Assembly (NCBI GenBank): GCA_029856145.1
Contig: JAHQWK010000023.1
Span: 1 to 64,000, forward strand
From: Promethearchaeia archaeon
GTDB lineage: Archaea > Asgardarchaeota > Lokiarchaeia > Sigyniarchaeales > SOKP01
Direction: 5' to 3'
DNA length: 64,000 nucleotides
Below the pieces are notes generated by a model that ran no database searches, was not told the DNA's origin, and saw nothing but the letters and a program-made list of their open reading frames with translations. Position 1 is the first letter of the stretch; every line of letters begins with the position of its first letter. This document shows, one piece after another, positions 1 through 9,318 of the stretch. A program made the position numbers and the translations under genes.

Positions 1-1
1 T

Positions 2-331
2 CTCACTTCTAGACATCAAGATCTAAAGGTCCGTATATACTTACATAAATTACACCGATTAGCTCCTGTCTTTGACTATAAGAGAGCGAGAGAAAATGCG
101 AATAGATTACAGATGAAAATAAAGCAATTATACTTCTGTCCGCAGATTATGACTCAAATTGCGGTGGTGATTTTTATAACCGATCTCTTAGATACTAGAC
201 CTTCTCGTCTTCTTTGCAAAATCATTCAAGCTAATTTAAGGGTTTTATGTAGTTGTTCTGCCTATGCATTTCACAGAACTCGAAATAAAATCGGATTAAC
301 GACAGAATATTTTAAAAGTATAAAAACTTAA
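2..331 (+). CDS. 3' part of a divergent TFB/TFIIB-like (cyclin-fold, C-terminal HTH) protein, truncated by the window start
   Basis: The frame of ORF 113..331 is open back to nt 2 (LTSRHQDLKVRIYLHKL...). PQIMTQIAVVIFITD...IIQANLRVLCSCSAYAFHRTRNKIG resembles the TFB C-terminal pattern P..AAA.LYIA...TQ..VA...GV...TIR.RYKEL. Confidence 0.45.
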   Translation, partial: LTSRHQDLKVRIYLHKLHRLAPVFDYKRARENANRLQMKIKQLYFCPQIMTQIAVVIFITDLLDTRPSRLLCKIIQANLRVLCSCSAYAFHRTRNKIGLTTEYFKSIKT

Positions 332-684
332 GATTAAATGTTTGGTTGTTGCCAGTAAAGGAGAAAAACAGTCTGACAACAACTGTTATATGAATATTGG
401 GGATAATTATACCTATTAGTATAAAAAGAAAATCAATCTAAATATAATTAAGAAGGGAATTCATAGACAATCTGAATAAATTGGATTTCGCCCTCTATTA
501 AACTCAAATGGTTTAATTCTCTCCCTGATTTTAAAAAATTGGTTTAGATTTCTTTTCCCTTCCTTCTCTTTAATTTATCATAATCCCCCCACTATTTTTT
601 CTTTATATATATTCGTTATAATTTACTTTTTAAACATACATTACAAAAAAGAAGTGAATTAAAATTTCATTTGAACATGAAAAA

Positions 685-900
685 ATGGAAGAATTTGCTT
701 CATTTGGCAGAAGAGGGTTTAATGTCTGCCTACATCATTCAAATAAATATGGTTTAGTTCTTACTAGCGATAGAACCCTCTATAATTGGAATTGTAGCAG
801 AGGTTCAAATGACCCCAACACAAGAATTCCAAGACAAGATTTTAATTCTCTATTTGAAGTAAATAATAGGCAGAGAAGTTATCCATATAATTATGAATAA
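685..900 (+). CDS. Small hypothetical protein, apparent paralog of 36952..37263 (EEF.S[FY]GR...C...[YF]G...WNC)
   Basis: Manual alignment to the 36952..37263 product. It lies 21 nt upstream of the RPA gene. Confidence 0.55.
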   Translation: MEEFASFGRRGFNVCLHHSNKYGLVLTSDRTLYNWNCSRGSNDPNTRIPRQDFNSLFEVNNRQRSYPYNYE

Positions 901-921
901 TACAAAGCTGTTTGAAAAAAT

Positions 922-1869
922 ATGGTAGAACGAGCTGAAGAGATTTATCAAGCCCTGTTGGATGCGGGAATAAGTGAGAAAGAAATTGACCAACAAATTA
1001 ATGAAAAAGAAACTGAGTTCCAAGGTTTTATGACCAAACCGGCAATCTTATATCTCATCGCAAAGGAACATGGGGTAGATGTCGATTCCTCTGAAAATAA
1101 GGAGATATTAAATCATATTTCTGAAGATATTATAGATTATAATGATTTTGCTATCCCAATCTCATCTGTTGAAGAGAACATGAGTAATATTGTTATTACA
1201 GGAAGAGTGGAGAGAATTTTTACAATTAGAGATTTTGTACGGAAAGACGGTTCTCCTGGACGTGTAGGGTCATTTCAGATCTGCGATAAGTCTAAATGTA
1301 TTAAGATTGTCTTGTGGAGCGAGAATGTTACGATTATGGAAAATGACTATTTTAAGAAGGGTGAAATTATTCAAGTTGTTGGGGGATATTCTAAGAAAGG
1401 CAGAGATGAGAAGTTAGAAGTTCATTTAGGCAGACAAGGTAATATTATTTTAGCTCCAGAAGATGTTGTTCTCACCGATATCGTAAAACCTGGTATTGCA
1501 GAAAGTGAGTTTTCCGAGACCCTCAGCAAACCTAAGAATGAAAGTTCTAATAAAAAATCTACGTGGACGATTCAAAGTCTTCATAATAAGGAAGGATTTA
1601 TTAGATTTATTTCAGGCATAGTGAAGGTAGAATTTTTTAAGGAGTTAACATTAAAAAGTGGCGAGAAATCATTTCTGTTAAAGCTGATATTGTCTGAAGA
1701 GTCATCTTCGATTAAAGTTAATATTTGGGGTCTCAAGGCGGTAGAGTGTGTAAAGTTGATTACCGATGGAGATAATATTAAGTTATCTAATGTGGTCATT
1801 AAGGAAAACTCATATACAAATGAAAAGGAGCTTAGTTTTACGAAAAAATCTAACCTTGAAGTTCTTTAA
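922..1869 (+). CDS. rpa: Replication protein A / OB-fold ssDNA-binding protein
   Basis: Archaeal RPA-type N-terminus (FQGFMTKPAILYLIAKEHGV) and two OB folds (ITGRVERIFTIRDFVRKDGSPGRVGSFQICD...IKIVLW; second OB with IKVNIWG). Confidence 0.85.
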   Translation: MVERAEEIYQALLDAGISEKEIDQQINEKETEFQGFMTKPAILYLIAKEHGVDVDSSENKEILNHISEDIIDYNDFAIPISSVEENMSNIVITGRVERIFTIRDFVRKDGSPGRVGSFQICDKSKCIKIVLWSENVTIMENDYFKKGEIIQVVGGYSKKGRDEKLEVHLGRQGNIILAPEDVVLTDIVKPGIAESEFSETLSKPKNESSNKKSTWTIQSLHNKEGFIRFISGIVKVEFFKELTLKSGEKSFLLKLILSEESSSIKVNIWGLKAVECVKLITDGDNIKLSNVVIKENSYTNEKELSFTKKSNLEVL

Positions 1870-1943
1870 TTAGAATAATATATAACTATAAAATTTATTA
1901 ATGTAATGTAATATGTTAATCTAAAAATTAAAAGGGTAATTAT

Positions 1944-3212
1944 TTGTTGCAGAGACAAAAATTAATTTTTGGTATAGTCATATTTTTTCTTGCTTTCTCT
2001 TCTATTTATGTGTTAGATATCGTAAATTTTCCCGATCTTTACCCAAACAATACTTTATCCACAAGTTATCCTTTAGAGGATATTTCCCCTACTATTGGGT
2101 ATAATGTTCTTACAGATACAGAAGAAATTGAATATTTTAGCAATACTTTTGAAGATCTGTCTTTTCAAACGATTATCCCGCCATATTTGGGTAATAATGA
2201 TTATAGTAATACCCTTGATATTGGGAATCCTGAGATTTCTTATCCTTTTCTCCCTGATGACAGAGTGAAAATAAATTCTACCTCAAGTTATCCATGGAGT
2301 ACAATCTGCAAGTTGTATATAACCGCAGCAGATGATACACAGTGGATTGGTTCTGGCGCAATGTTAGATGCGTATCATGTTCTAACGTGTGGGCATTGTG
2401 TATACTTCCATGAGAATGGTGGATGGGCGAGTGAAGTGGAGGTTGTTCCGGGGAAGGATGGATCTTATAGACCTTTCGGAGTCGCATATGCTACCTATTT
2501 TCGCACATACACAGAATGGACTCAATTTGAAATGGTACAGCATGATTGGGCAGTAATCACTCTTGACCGAACTATTGGTAATCAAACAGGATGGATGGGA
2601 AGAAAGACTGCTGACCTGTCAGACCCTATTTATACGGGAACACTGCATACTGCTGGATATCCCGGCGATTTGGATCTTGGAGAATATATGTATTACGACT
2701 CAGACGTTGGTCAGGAAGTTGATGAATATAATCATTGGTTCTGGATGGATACTGCTGGAGGGCAGAGTGGAGGTCCTGTATGGGAAGATGATGGGGGTAA
2801 TTATTATATACTAACAGTTAACGCATATGAATATGAATTTGGAACCTATGCTAATTTTGGTACGCGATTAAATCAAGATAAGTATGATCAGATTAATACT
2901 TGGTTGGCAGCAGATACTCCTCCAATTGATGATCCTAATGGATGGGATCCCAATCTTATAGTAATAATTGCTGTTTCTAGCACTATCGGTATTACAGTGG
3001 TAGTTGTAGGATTAGTAATAGCACTGAGAAGAGCAAGAAAACCTGATTTAGCTTTAGTAGAACCATATCAAAATGGTATTACTCGTTATGAGTCAGTAGA
3101 AGAAATACGCGCAAACGCGTTTGGATATTGCCCAATGTGTGGGAGAACAATTTTTCGAGACACTCAGAGGTTTTGCTCCAACTGTGGTCATGATCTCAAT
3201 ATTAAATTTTAA
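1944..3212 (+). CDS. Membrane-anchored trypsin-like (V8/glutamyl endopeptidase-type) serine protease with C-terminal zinc ribbon
   Basis: N-terminal hydrophobic segment; catalytic motifs LTCGHC, HDWAV, GQSGGP; C-terminal TM helix; CPMC...CSNC. Confidence 0.85.
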   Translation: MLQRQKLIFGIVIFFLAFSSIYVLDIVNFPDLYPNNTLSTSYPLEDISPTIGYNVLTDTEEIEYFSNTFEDLSFQTIIPPYLGNNDYSNTLDIGNPEISYPFLPDDRVKINSTSSYPWSTICKLYITAADDTQWIGSGAMLDAYHVLTCGHCVYFHENGGWASEVEVVPGKDGSYRPFGVAYATYFRTYTEWTQFEMVQHDWAVITLDRTIGNQTGWMGRKTADLSDPIYTGTLHTAGYPGDLDLGEYMYYDSDVGQEVDEYNHWFWMDTAGGQSGGPVWEDDGGNYYILTVNAYEYEFGTYANFGTRLNQDKYDQINTWLAADTPPIDDPNGWDPNLIVIIAVSSTIGITVVVVGLVIALRRARKPDLALVEPYQNGITRYESVEEIRANAFGYCPMCGRTIFRDTQRFCSNCGHDLNIKF

Positions 3213-3306
3213 TTCGTGGAGAATTTAATTTTTTAATCTCTAATTTTTTCTTTAAATATATTTCATAATATCTTCTTCTAACAAAATTAAACTATAGGAA
3301 AAAAAA

Positions 3307-3858
3307 ATGACATTAACTCATATACCAAAGGTTTTATACCAAAATAAAATAACCGAAGTGTTAGACGATATTAGATATAACTACGGTAAATTAACTCGAA
3401 GAGGATATATCTATGGACTCATAGCAATCGATCAAGATGCAAAAATTATTGCCATCGATTCTCGATTTGACAGAAAACTCAATTATTGGGATTTAAGCTC
3501 GATTGGAGCAGCATTATACGGAGTCGCACGACAAGGGCAAGATTTTTTTGAAACTGAATCTTTAGAACGTGCCACGATTATTTACAGTGATATGCGTTTG
3601 TTTGTCAAGTCCATTGGAAATATTGAGCTCCAAAAGAAGGGAAAGCGAGACATTCTTATTGTTCTTTTAACTGATAATGAAGTGAATTTAGGCGTAATGA
3701 TCCTTCAGATGAGTAAGTTTGCTCAGAAAATCAAGGAAGAGATCGAGAGAAATGAGCACATGAAGAATGTCCTGAAGATGCCAGAAAGAGAAATTAAAGA
3801 ACATATCAAAGAGCTCAAGAAACAGATATTTAAAGACAAAATCGGAACCATCTCTTAA
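3307..3858 (+). CDS. Roadblock/MglB-like protein
   Basis: Roadblock-like pattern (GLIAIDQDAKIIA...SSIGAALYGVARQ...ILIVLLTDNEVNLGVMIL), directly upstream of an MglA-type GTPase. Confidence 0.65.
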   Translation: MTLTHIPKVLYQNKITEVLDDIRYNYGKLTRRGYIYGLIAIDQDAKIIAIDSRFDRKLNYWDLSSIGAALYGVARQGQDFFETESLERATIIYSDMRLFVKSIGNIELQKKGKRDILIVLLTDNEVNLGVMILQMSKFAQKIKEEIERNEHMKNVLKMPEREIKEHIKELKKQIFKDKIGTIS

Positions 3859-3881
3859 GACTCAAAATTTCAGGTGATTAA

Positions 3882-4544
3882 ATGGAATTAGAGCAGAGGA
3901 ATTTAGATAAGTTTGATAAAGTGAAGGTGGAAGTAAGTGAGGATTTTGATTTCAATGATTCAGAAAATATGATTCAATTTAAAATAGTATACTGGGGTCC
4001 AGGTGAAAGTGGAAAAACTACCAATTTTTTTAGATTACGAGAAAAGTTTGACTTGTTGAAACTTACTCGTGGGTATTCCATAGAAACAACTGAAGGAAGA
4101 ACTCTATGGGAAGATTCTCTGTATCTTCTTTTCAAATTCACACTACATGATGTTAGATTTAATATAATATGCCACGTGGTGACGTGTACTGGACAAGAAA
4201 GATTTCTCTCAACTCGTGAATATGTATTAGATGGGGCAGATGGCATTATGTTTATTGGTGATTCTAATCCTAAAAAAATAGAACAAAATAAAAGGAGTTT
4301 TCGTGAGTTGGTAAGTTTTGCCAAACTCAAAGAAATCCCTTATTTAATTCAGTTGAATAAACGAGATTTAAAGAAAGCCATCCCTATCAAAGACTTTAAA
4401 CTTCATTTAGGCCTTCCACTCCAAGAATCATACCCCGATGGGACCTTAGTAGTGTATCCCGCAGAGGCACTTCAAGGAAAGAACGTGGTACAATCGTTTA
4501 CTGATTTAATACTTCAAGTTATTTTCAACTATTTTAAAGAATAA
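3882..4544 (+). CDS. mglA: MglA-family small GTPase
   Basis: KIVYWGPGESGKTTN (G1), GRTL (MglA Arg finger), TCTGQ (G3), DGADGIMFIGDS, QLNKRD (G4). SD CAGGTGA upstream. Confidence 0.85.
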   Translation: MELEQRNLDKFDKVKVEVSEDFDFNDSENMIQFKIVYWGPGESGKTTNFFRLREKFDLLKLTRGYSIETTEGRTLWEDSLYLLFKFTLHDVRFNIICHVVTCTGQERFLSTREYVLDGADGIMFIGDSNPKKIEQNKRSFRELVSFAKLKEIPYLIQLNKRDLKKAIPIKDFKLHLGLPLQESYPDGTLVVYPAEALQGKNVVQSFTDLILQVIFNYFKE

Positions 4545-4576
4545 TCATAATTTTTTTTGAAAATTAAGGTGATATC

Positions 4577-6217
4577 ATGGATACAGGTTCAGATTTTATA
4601 CAACCAGAATTTCTCAATATAGTTTTTTTTCAGCAGAAGAACTTAGTGGTTTTTCCCTATGTTGATTTGAGACACCTTCATGGCTTAGAGATATTTACTG
4701 CCGGATATAATGTGGTCGACCTTGAGTCCACAGCACTTCATAACCTTAAAGATATATTAGAATTCGAATCGAATAATTCTTATTCTCAGAACCCTACCCT
4801 ATATTTTATATTCAATGTGGATCGGGAAAAAATAAAAGAATTAATGGAGTTGGACGGAATTCGGTGTATCATCAACTCAAATGAAAATATTAGTAATTTA
4901 GCAAATGGAAGTAAATTTATTTTCTTTAATAAGAAGAACAATCAGTTTTTAAACTATAACATTACTGCTCCAGAATTAAAATTCGAAAATTCACTTATTA
5001 CAAGTTCTCAAGATGAAGATATCTTACAGGAAAATATTCAAAAAATTAAGATTGCTGCGACCAGAATTTTTAAAGAGTTAAATCAGTCCGGTACATTGGA
5101 AACTCTTCCTGATATCCTTGGTGAATATGATAGAAAATATTGGAACTCAATTTTAGAATTTACAAGTCGATATTATGATATTAATATTCCTGATATCTCA
5201 GGTATAAAGTTTAAACCTCAAAAGAGGCTAAAGGATTTTTCGGATGAATATGAAGTGCTTATTTCGACAAATCGAGCGCTTGGAAAGGAGTTTATCCAAT
5301 TGCTACATGATTTTAGAAGTACAAGAGTAAATCCTGCCCATTTAGAGTTGGACGAGTTATACAACCCTCAGAAGCTTTTCAGTTATTTACGGAACCATCA
5401 TTGGAAGGAAGGGATTCCGAAAGACTTTGTTGAGGAATGGTATCAGATGAATATTTCAGATTATCAATTAAGTGAATCAGATCAGCTCGACTTTGAGAAA
5501 ATAGTTAAAAAGTTAGGATTAGAAGTTGATTTGCAAAACTCATCTTCAACTCCATCTAAATCGACTTTACCAGAGTTCGAAGTTGATTCTTCAGCGCAGA
5601 TTTTACCTATCATACCTTCACCAAGAACAGATTGGAACAAATATAAAGATTGGATTGAGGATCGTCTAACAGATTTAGAACGATTAAGTTCTGACATTCC
5701 AAGATCTTCTAATACACACTCATATATAGATAAAGAATTTTCTGATATCCATAAATTACTTAATGAGAACGTAATTAAGAATAGAGAAGAATTCCAGGAT
5801 GTTGATCTTAAGGAAAGATCACCTATGAATAATGAATTATTAATTGTTGACATAACCAATATTCTAAATTTAGATAAAACTAAGAACGGATCTTTGAAAA
5901 TTGATAATATTTTAAATGTTAGAAATACTTTAAAATCGCTTGGATACAAGCCTTTAATGATTGCTGATGCTAATATGAGATATTATCCTTTAGATAATCC
6001 TCAGTTATATGAAGAATTACTTCAAAAAGGAACTTTAACTCAAGCACCTGCAGGAAGAAAAGCAGATGAATTTGTATTGGAATTCGCAAAGACAGAAGAC
6101 TGCAAATTTCTTGCTAACGATATGTATAAGGATTTTTATAAGGAATTTGGAAGAGAATGGATTTTCGAACACCGTCTTGCATGTATGCTTGTGAATGGAA
6201 AGCTTATTATGAGGTAG
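4577..6217 (+). CDS. Multidomain protein with C-terminal Zc3h12a/Regnase-like PIN (NYN) ribonuclease domain
   Basis: C-terminal IVDITN, IADAN, PAGRKADEFVL and LANDMYKDF acidic motifs. S/T/P-rich linker. N-terminal ~320 aa not recognised. Confidence 0.7.
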   Translation: MDTGSDFIQPEFLNIVFFQQKNLVVFPYVDLRHLHGLEIFTAGYNVVDLESTALHNLKDILEFESNNSYSQNPTLYFIFNVDREKIKELMELDGIRCIINSNENISNLANGSKFIFFNKKNNQFLNYNITAPELKFENSLITSSQDEDILQENIQKIKIAATRIFKELNQSGTLETLPDILGEYDRKYWNSILEFTSRYYDINIPDISGIKFKPQKRLKDFSDEYEVLISTNRALGKEFIQLLHDFRSTRVNPAHLELDELYNPQKLFSYLRNHHWKEGIPKDFVEEWYQMNISDYQLSESDQLDFEKIVKKLGLEVDLQNSSSTPSKSTLPEFEVDSSAQILPIIPSPRTDWNKYKDWIEDRLTDLERLSSDIPRSSNTHSYIDKEFSDIHKLLNENVIKNREEFQDVDLKERSPMNNELLIVDITNILNLDKTKNGSLKIDNILNVRNTLKSLGYKPLMIADANMRYYPLDNPQLYEELLQKGTLTQAPAGRKADEFVLEFAKTEDCKFLANDMYKDFYKEFGREWIFEHRLACMLVNGKLIMR

Positions 6218-6232
6218 AGGAGTAGTAATAAG

Positions 6233-7543
6233 ATGGAAGTTATTAAATTTAATTTACAGAAGAAAAGAACATTTTTAATCGTACTGTCCCTATATTTTGG
6301 AATTTATTTATATTTAGGAGTTGTACCTGCAAATATCGATAATCTGCTCACAACTCTTCTTGGTACATCAAACTTCGGTGTGAGTTTCATCATAACAGCA
6401 GGGTTAATAGCAAGTACTTTTAGTATGTTATTATTCGGATATTTTGGAAATGACCTTTCAAGAAGGTTTGGAAGGAAAAATGTATTTCTTATCACTAATT
6501 TAGTATGGATTATATCTATTGGGCTAGTATGCATATCCCCTAATTATCCATTTTTCTTGTTGTTTTTTATCATAGGAGCTATCGGTAATGGTGCCTTTTT
6601 GCCCATTGGCTTTTCAATAATAGGAGATTTATTTGGTCCAGAAGAAAGAGGAACTAAGTTTGGGACAATGTATTTTGGGCTCTTTTTAGGAAACGGATTA
6701 GGAATATTATTCGGTGGATTGTTAAGTTGGAGGCTAGGGTTTTTTATCGGTAGTATATTCGGATCTGTTGCGCTTTTTGCCTATTTTAAATTTGGTATTG
6801 ATCCTAAACAAGGATATTCTGATCCTGAATTAAAGACTTTAGATAAGACTATGCTATTCAATTATAGAATAACCCTTTCAGACTTGATTCAATTAGTCAA
6901 AACAAAAACAGTTATAGGTATTTTACTATCTGTGTTTTGCTCTGGAATAGCCACCTCTACACTTTCAAATTGGGGTATCTTTTATTTAGATCTTCAAATA
7001 AACAATAAAATGGTCACGATTGTGCTATATACGGTTGCCGGTTTGGGAGCACTCGGTGGGGCGAGAATAGGAGGCATGCTAGGAGATGAATATTTCAAAA
7101 ATGGAAAGATAAATGGTCGTGTGAAGGTATCTATTGCCGGAATAGTTCTTGGAACCTTACTATTACTAGGATTTTATCATAATACATTCGTTATGCTAGG
7201 GCTTTTCGGTTATTTTTTTGTATTTTTCAGCGCGGGAAATCAATTTGCTATCTATTCGGACGTGTGCATTCCAGAATTAAGAGGGGCTGCAAATTCATTG
7301 AATGGAATTATGATAAATATGGGAGGGATTGTGGGGAGTTTATTTGTCTCATCCATTATCCAATCTGATATCACATTGATATCGGTTTCAATTGTTATTG
7401 TATTAATTATTTGGTTAATCGGTTCTGTTTTTTGGCTAATTTCATATTTTTATTACTCTAAAGATTTTCAGGTACAAAGGATGAGAATGATGTCTCGAAT
7501 TCAAGAATTAGAAATAATACAGTCAAGGGCAAAATTAAAATAG
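6233..7543 (+). CDS. MFS transporter
   Basis: About 12 TM segments; FGYFGNDLSRRFGRK (MFS motif A-like), DLFGPEERG, PELRGAANS. Confidence 0.9.
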   Translation: MEVIKFNLQKKRTFLIVLSLYFGIYLYLGVVPANIDNLLTTLLGTSNFGVSFIITAGLIASTFSMLLFGYFGNDLSRRFGRKNVFLITNLVWIISIGLVCISPNYPFFLLFFIIGAIGNGAFLPIGFSIIGDLFGPEERGTKFGTMYFGLFLGNGLGILFGGLLSWRLGFFIGSIFGSVALFAYFKFGIDPKQGYSDPELKTLDKTMLFNYRITLSDLIQLVKTKTVIGILLSVFCSGIATSTLSNWGIFYLDLQINNKMVTIVLYTVAGLGALGGARIGGMLGDEYFKNGKINGRVKVSIAGIVLGTLLLLGFYHNTFVMLGLFGYFFVFFSAGNQFAIYSDVCIPELRGAANSLNGIMINMGGIVGSLFVSSIIQSDITLISVSIVIVLIIWLIGSVFWLISYFYYSKDFQVQRMRMMSRIQELEIIQSRAKLK

Positions 7544-7669
7544 AATTTTAAGTCAATATTTAAAGGAAAAAATTCTGTATTGAGTATTAATAATTTTCCA
7601 GTCTCCAGAATTTTAAAATCCGGGACTCTGAATTTTTTATTTAAAAAGTACAAGGTAAATTGCATAATA

Positions 7670-7834
7670 ATGACAAGTGAAATTAAGAATTATCCTGAAA
7701 ATGATCTTTTTTCATGCCCTTTTATTCATCTGTGTGTCTTACCAAAGAACGTGCATTGCCATATTTCACGATGTAAAGTCTGCACTGAATATATTCTTAA
7801 ATGCAAGGATTTAAAATCAAAGCACCTCTACTAA
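7670..7834 (+). CDS. Small Cys/His-rich putative metal-binding protein
   Basis: ATG at 7670 inside ORF 7580..7834; CPFIHLC...HCHISRCKVC...C. Confidence 0.5.
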   Translation: MTSEIKNYPENDLFSCPFIHLCVLPKNVHCHISRCKVCTEYILKCKDLKSKHLY

Positions 7835-8002
7835 AAATTATTTTTTTCTTTTTAAACACCCAAAATAATGAAGAATCATGATTAATACAAAGAGAAAAAA
7901 GAATAATTTAATTGATTAAGTTTTAAGTCCACAATATTTTGTGAATTAAGGGGTTAATTAATAACTAAAATTTTTATATTAGTTAACTACTTTATAAGTT
8001 AT

Positions 8003-8163
8003 AGGCAGAAATATTCTTGAAAAGACTTGAACCACAAAATATGGCTCCTGTCAATCCCCTGGATTTTTGTCTTTTGGTTGTGTAATTATTTACACATAGG
8101 AATAACCTACTCTGCCTTTTGAAAATTTTAGGCCTCATTTTGAGGCTTTTTGGCAGGAGCCTC
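8003..8163 (+). ncRNA. Candidate structured, pseudoknotted ncRNA of unknown class
   Basis: GC-enriched island between convergent genes. Helices: 8003-8009/8111-8117, 8043-8054/8150-8161 (crossing), 8130-8148 hairpin and two small hairpins. G-U pairs favour the + strand. TTTTATA box ~25 nt upstream. Confidence 0.55.
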
Positions 8164-8251
8164 CTTTAATTGAATTTTAAGAGAGTTTCATAATCTTTTT
8201 TTTAAAAAAAATTAAACAGAATTAAAAATACAGTAAGGACCAAATTTGAAT

Positions 8252-9097
8252 TTATAATAATAAAAACATTTCTAATAAGAACAAGTCTAATTTTAAATCC
8301 TTTAGTAATTTCATATTATTGAAAATATATGCATAAATATTTTCTTCACTAAAATACTTAAAACACACGTTTTTACCTTTTATTTCCTTAAAAATATTCA
8401 CAATTCCAGAAATAAATGATTTTAAATTTTTAATTACTAAATCCTTATCACTTTTTATTAAATTTATATCTATTAGGTTAAACCAAGACTCCTTGCTAAA
8501 TGTAATATTTTTAAGCCCTGGCGTGTTCTTAAAATCTTTTTGAGTAATAAATGTATTATACATTTCTTCTATTTTATTTAGAATTGAAGTTTTTGATTTA
8601 CTATACATTTTGTTATCTACTACGTTTCTTAACATTATAAGGATTTTTTGAAAGATACCTAATATATCAAAAAAATCAGCCGTTTGTGCTAGATCTTCCA
8701 CTTCTTCCCATTGATCATGATAATCTTCAATTTCATTAAGAAATGGTAGGAAAATATTAATATCTCCATCCCAATTATGCCCTTTTTTTTTCCAGACAGA
8801 ATCAAATTGTTTTATAAAAGCGTTTTTAATAACATTTAGTCTAGCTAGTATAAACTCAGTTTTCGTATGCCTCGTGTCGGCAGCAACAAAAAGTAATTTA
8901 TAATTTTCTTCTAATATATAAACCCACCTTAATCCCCCCATTTCTATAGAATCCAATGACTCTTGAAACTCTATCATAGAAAAATGGTGAAAAGCCGTTA
9001 AGAATCCAGAAACAATATCTTCATCAGCACTAGTTTTCAAAAAGGATTTGTATAGTAATTTAGTTCCTGATTCAGAATCTAATACCCATATATTCAT
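8252..9097 (-). CDS. Longin-domain protein (Asgard type), paralog of 26655..27500
   Basis: MNIWVLDSESG..L.YK...DIVSGFLTAF..F....LDSIEMGGLRWVY longin-like pattern. Full-length similarity to 26655..27500. Confidence 0.7.
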   Translation of the reverse strand: MNIWVLDSESGTKLLYKSFLKTSADEDIVSGFLTAFHHFSMIEFQESLDSIEMGGLRWVYILEENYKLLFVAADTRHTKTEFILARLNVIKNAFIKQFDSVWKKKGHNWDGDINIFLPFLNEIEDYHDQWEEVEDLAQTADFFDILGIFQKILIMLRNVVDNKMYSKSKTSILNKIEEMYNTFITQKDFKNTPGLKNITFSKESWFNLIDINLIKSDKDLVIKNLKSFISGIVNIFKEIKGKNVCFKYFSEENIYAYIFNNMKLLKDLKLDLFLLEMFLLL

Positions 9098-9318
9098 ATT
9101 ATTAAAAAAAAAACGCTTCTTTTAGAGAAAATAAATATGTTACTCTTTTAAATTATTTCCAAATATGAATTAAAGATTTTCTAAGAGTTGTTCAATTCTA
9201 TTTACTTTATTTAAAAGCCAAGATTTATGCTAAGAAAATTTTATTATCACTTGTCTATGAAGTTCGTATGTAAAAGTCAGGTCTTTTTTAATTTTTTGAA
9301 GAGTTTACTATAATTCTA

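Noticed and set aside
345-383. Hairpin GTTGTTGCCAG/CTGACAACAAC
   Set aside because: A single short stem after a stop codon, with no further structure to support an RNA gene.
8003-8163. HDV-like ribozyme or RNase P identity for the structured RNA
   Set aside because: The helix order resembles HDV, but there is no P3/L3/P1.1 core or catalytic C in J4/2. The RNase P GGAAAGUC motif is absent and the RNA is too short.
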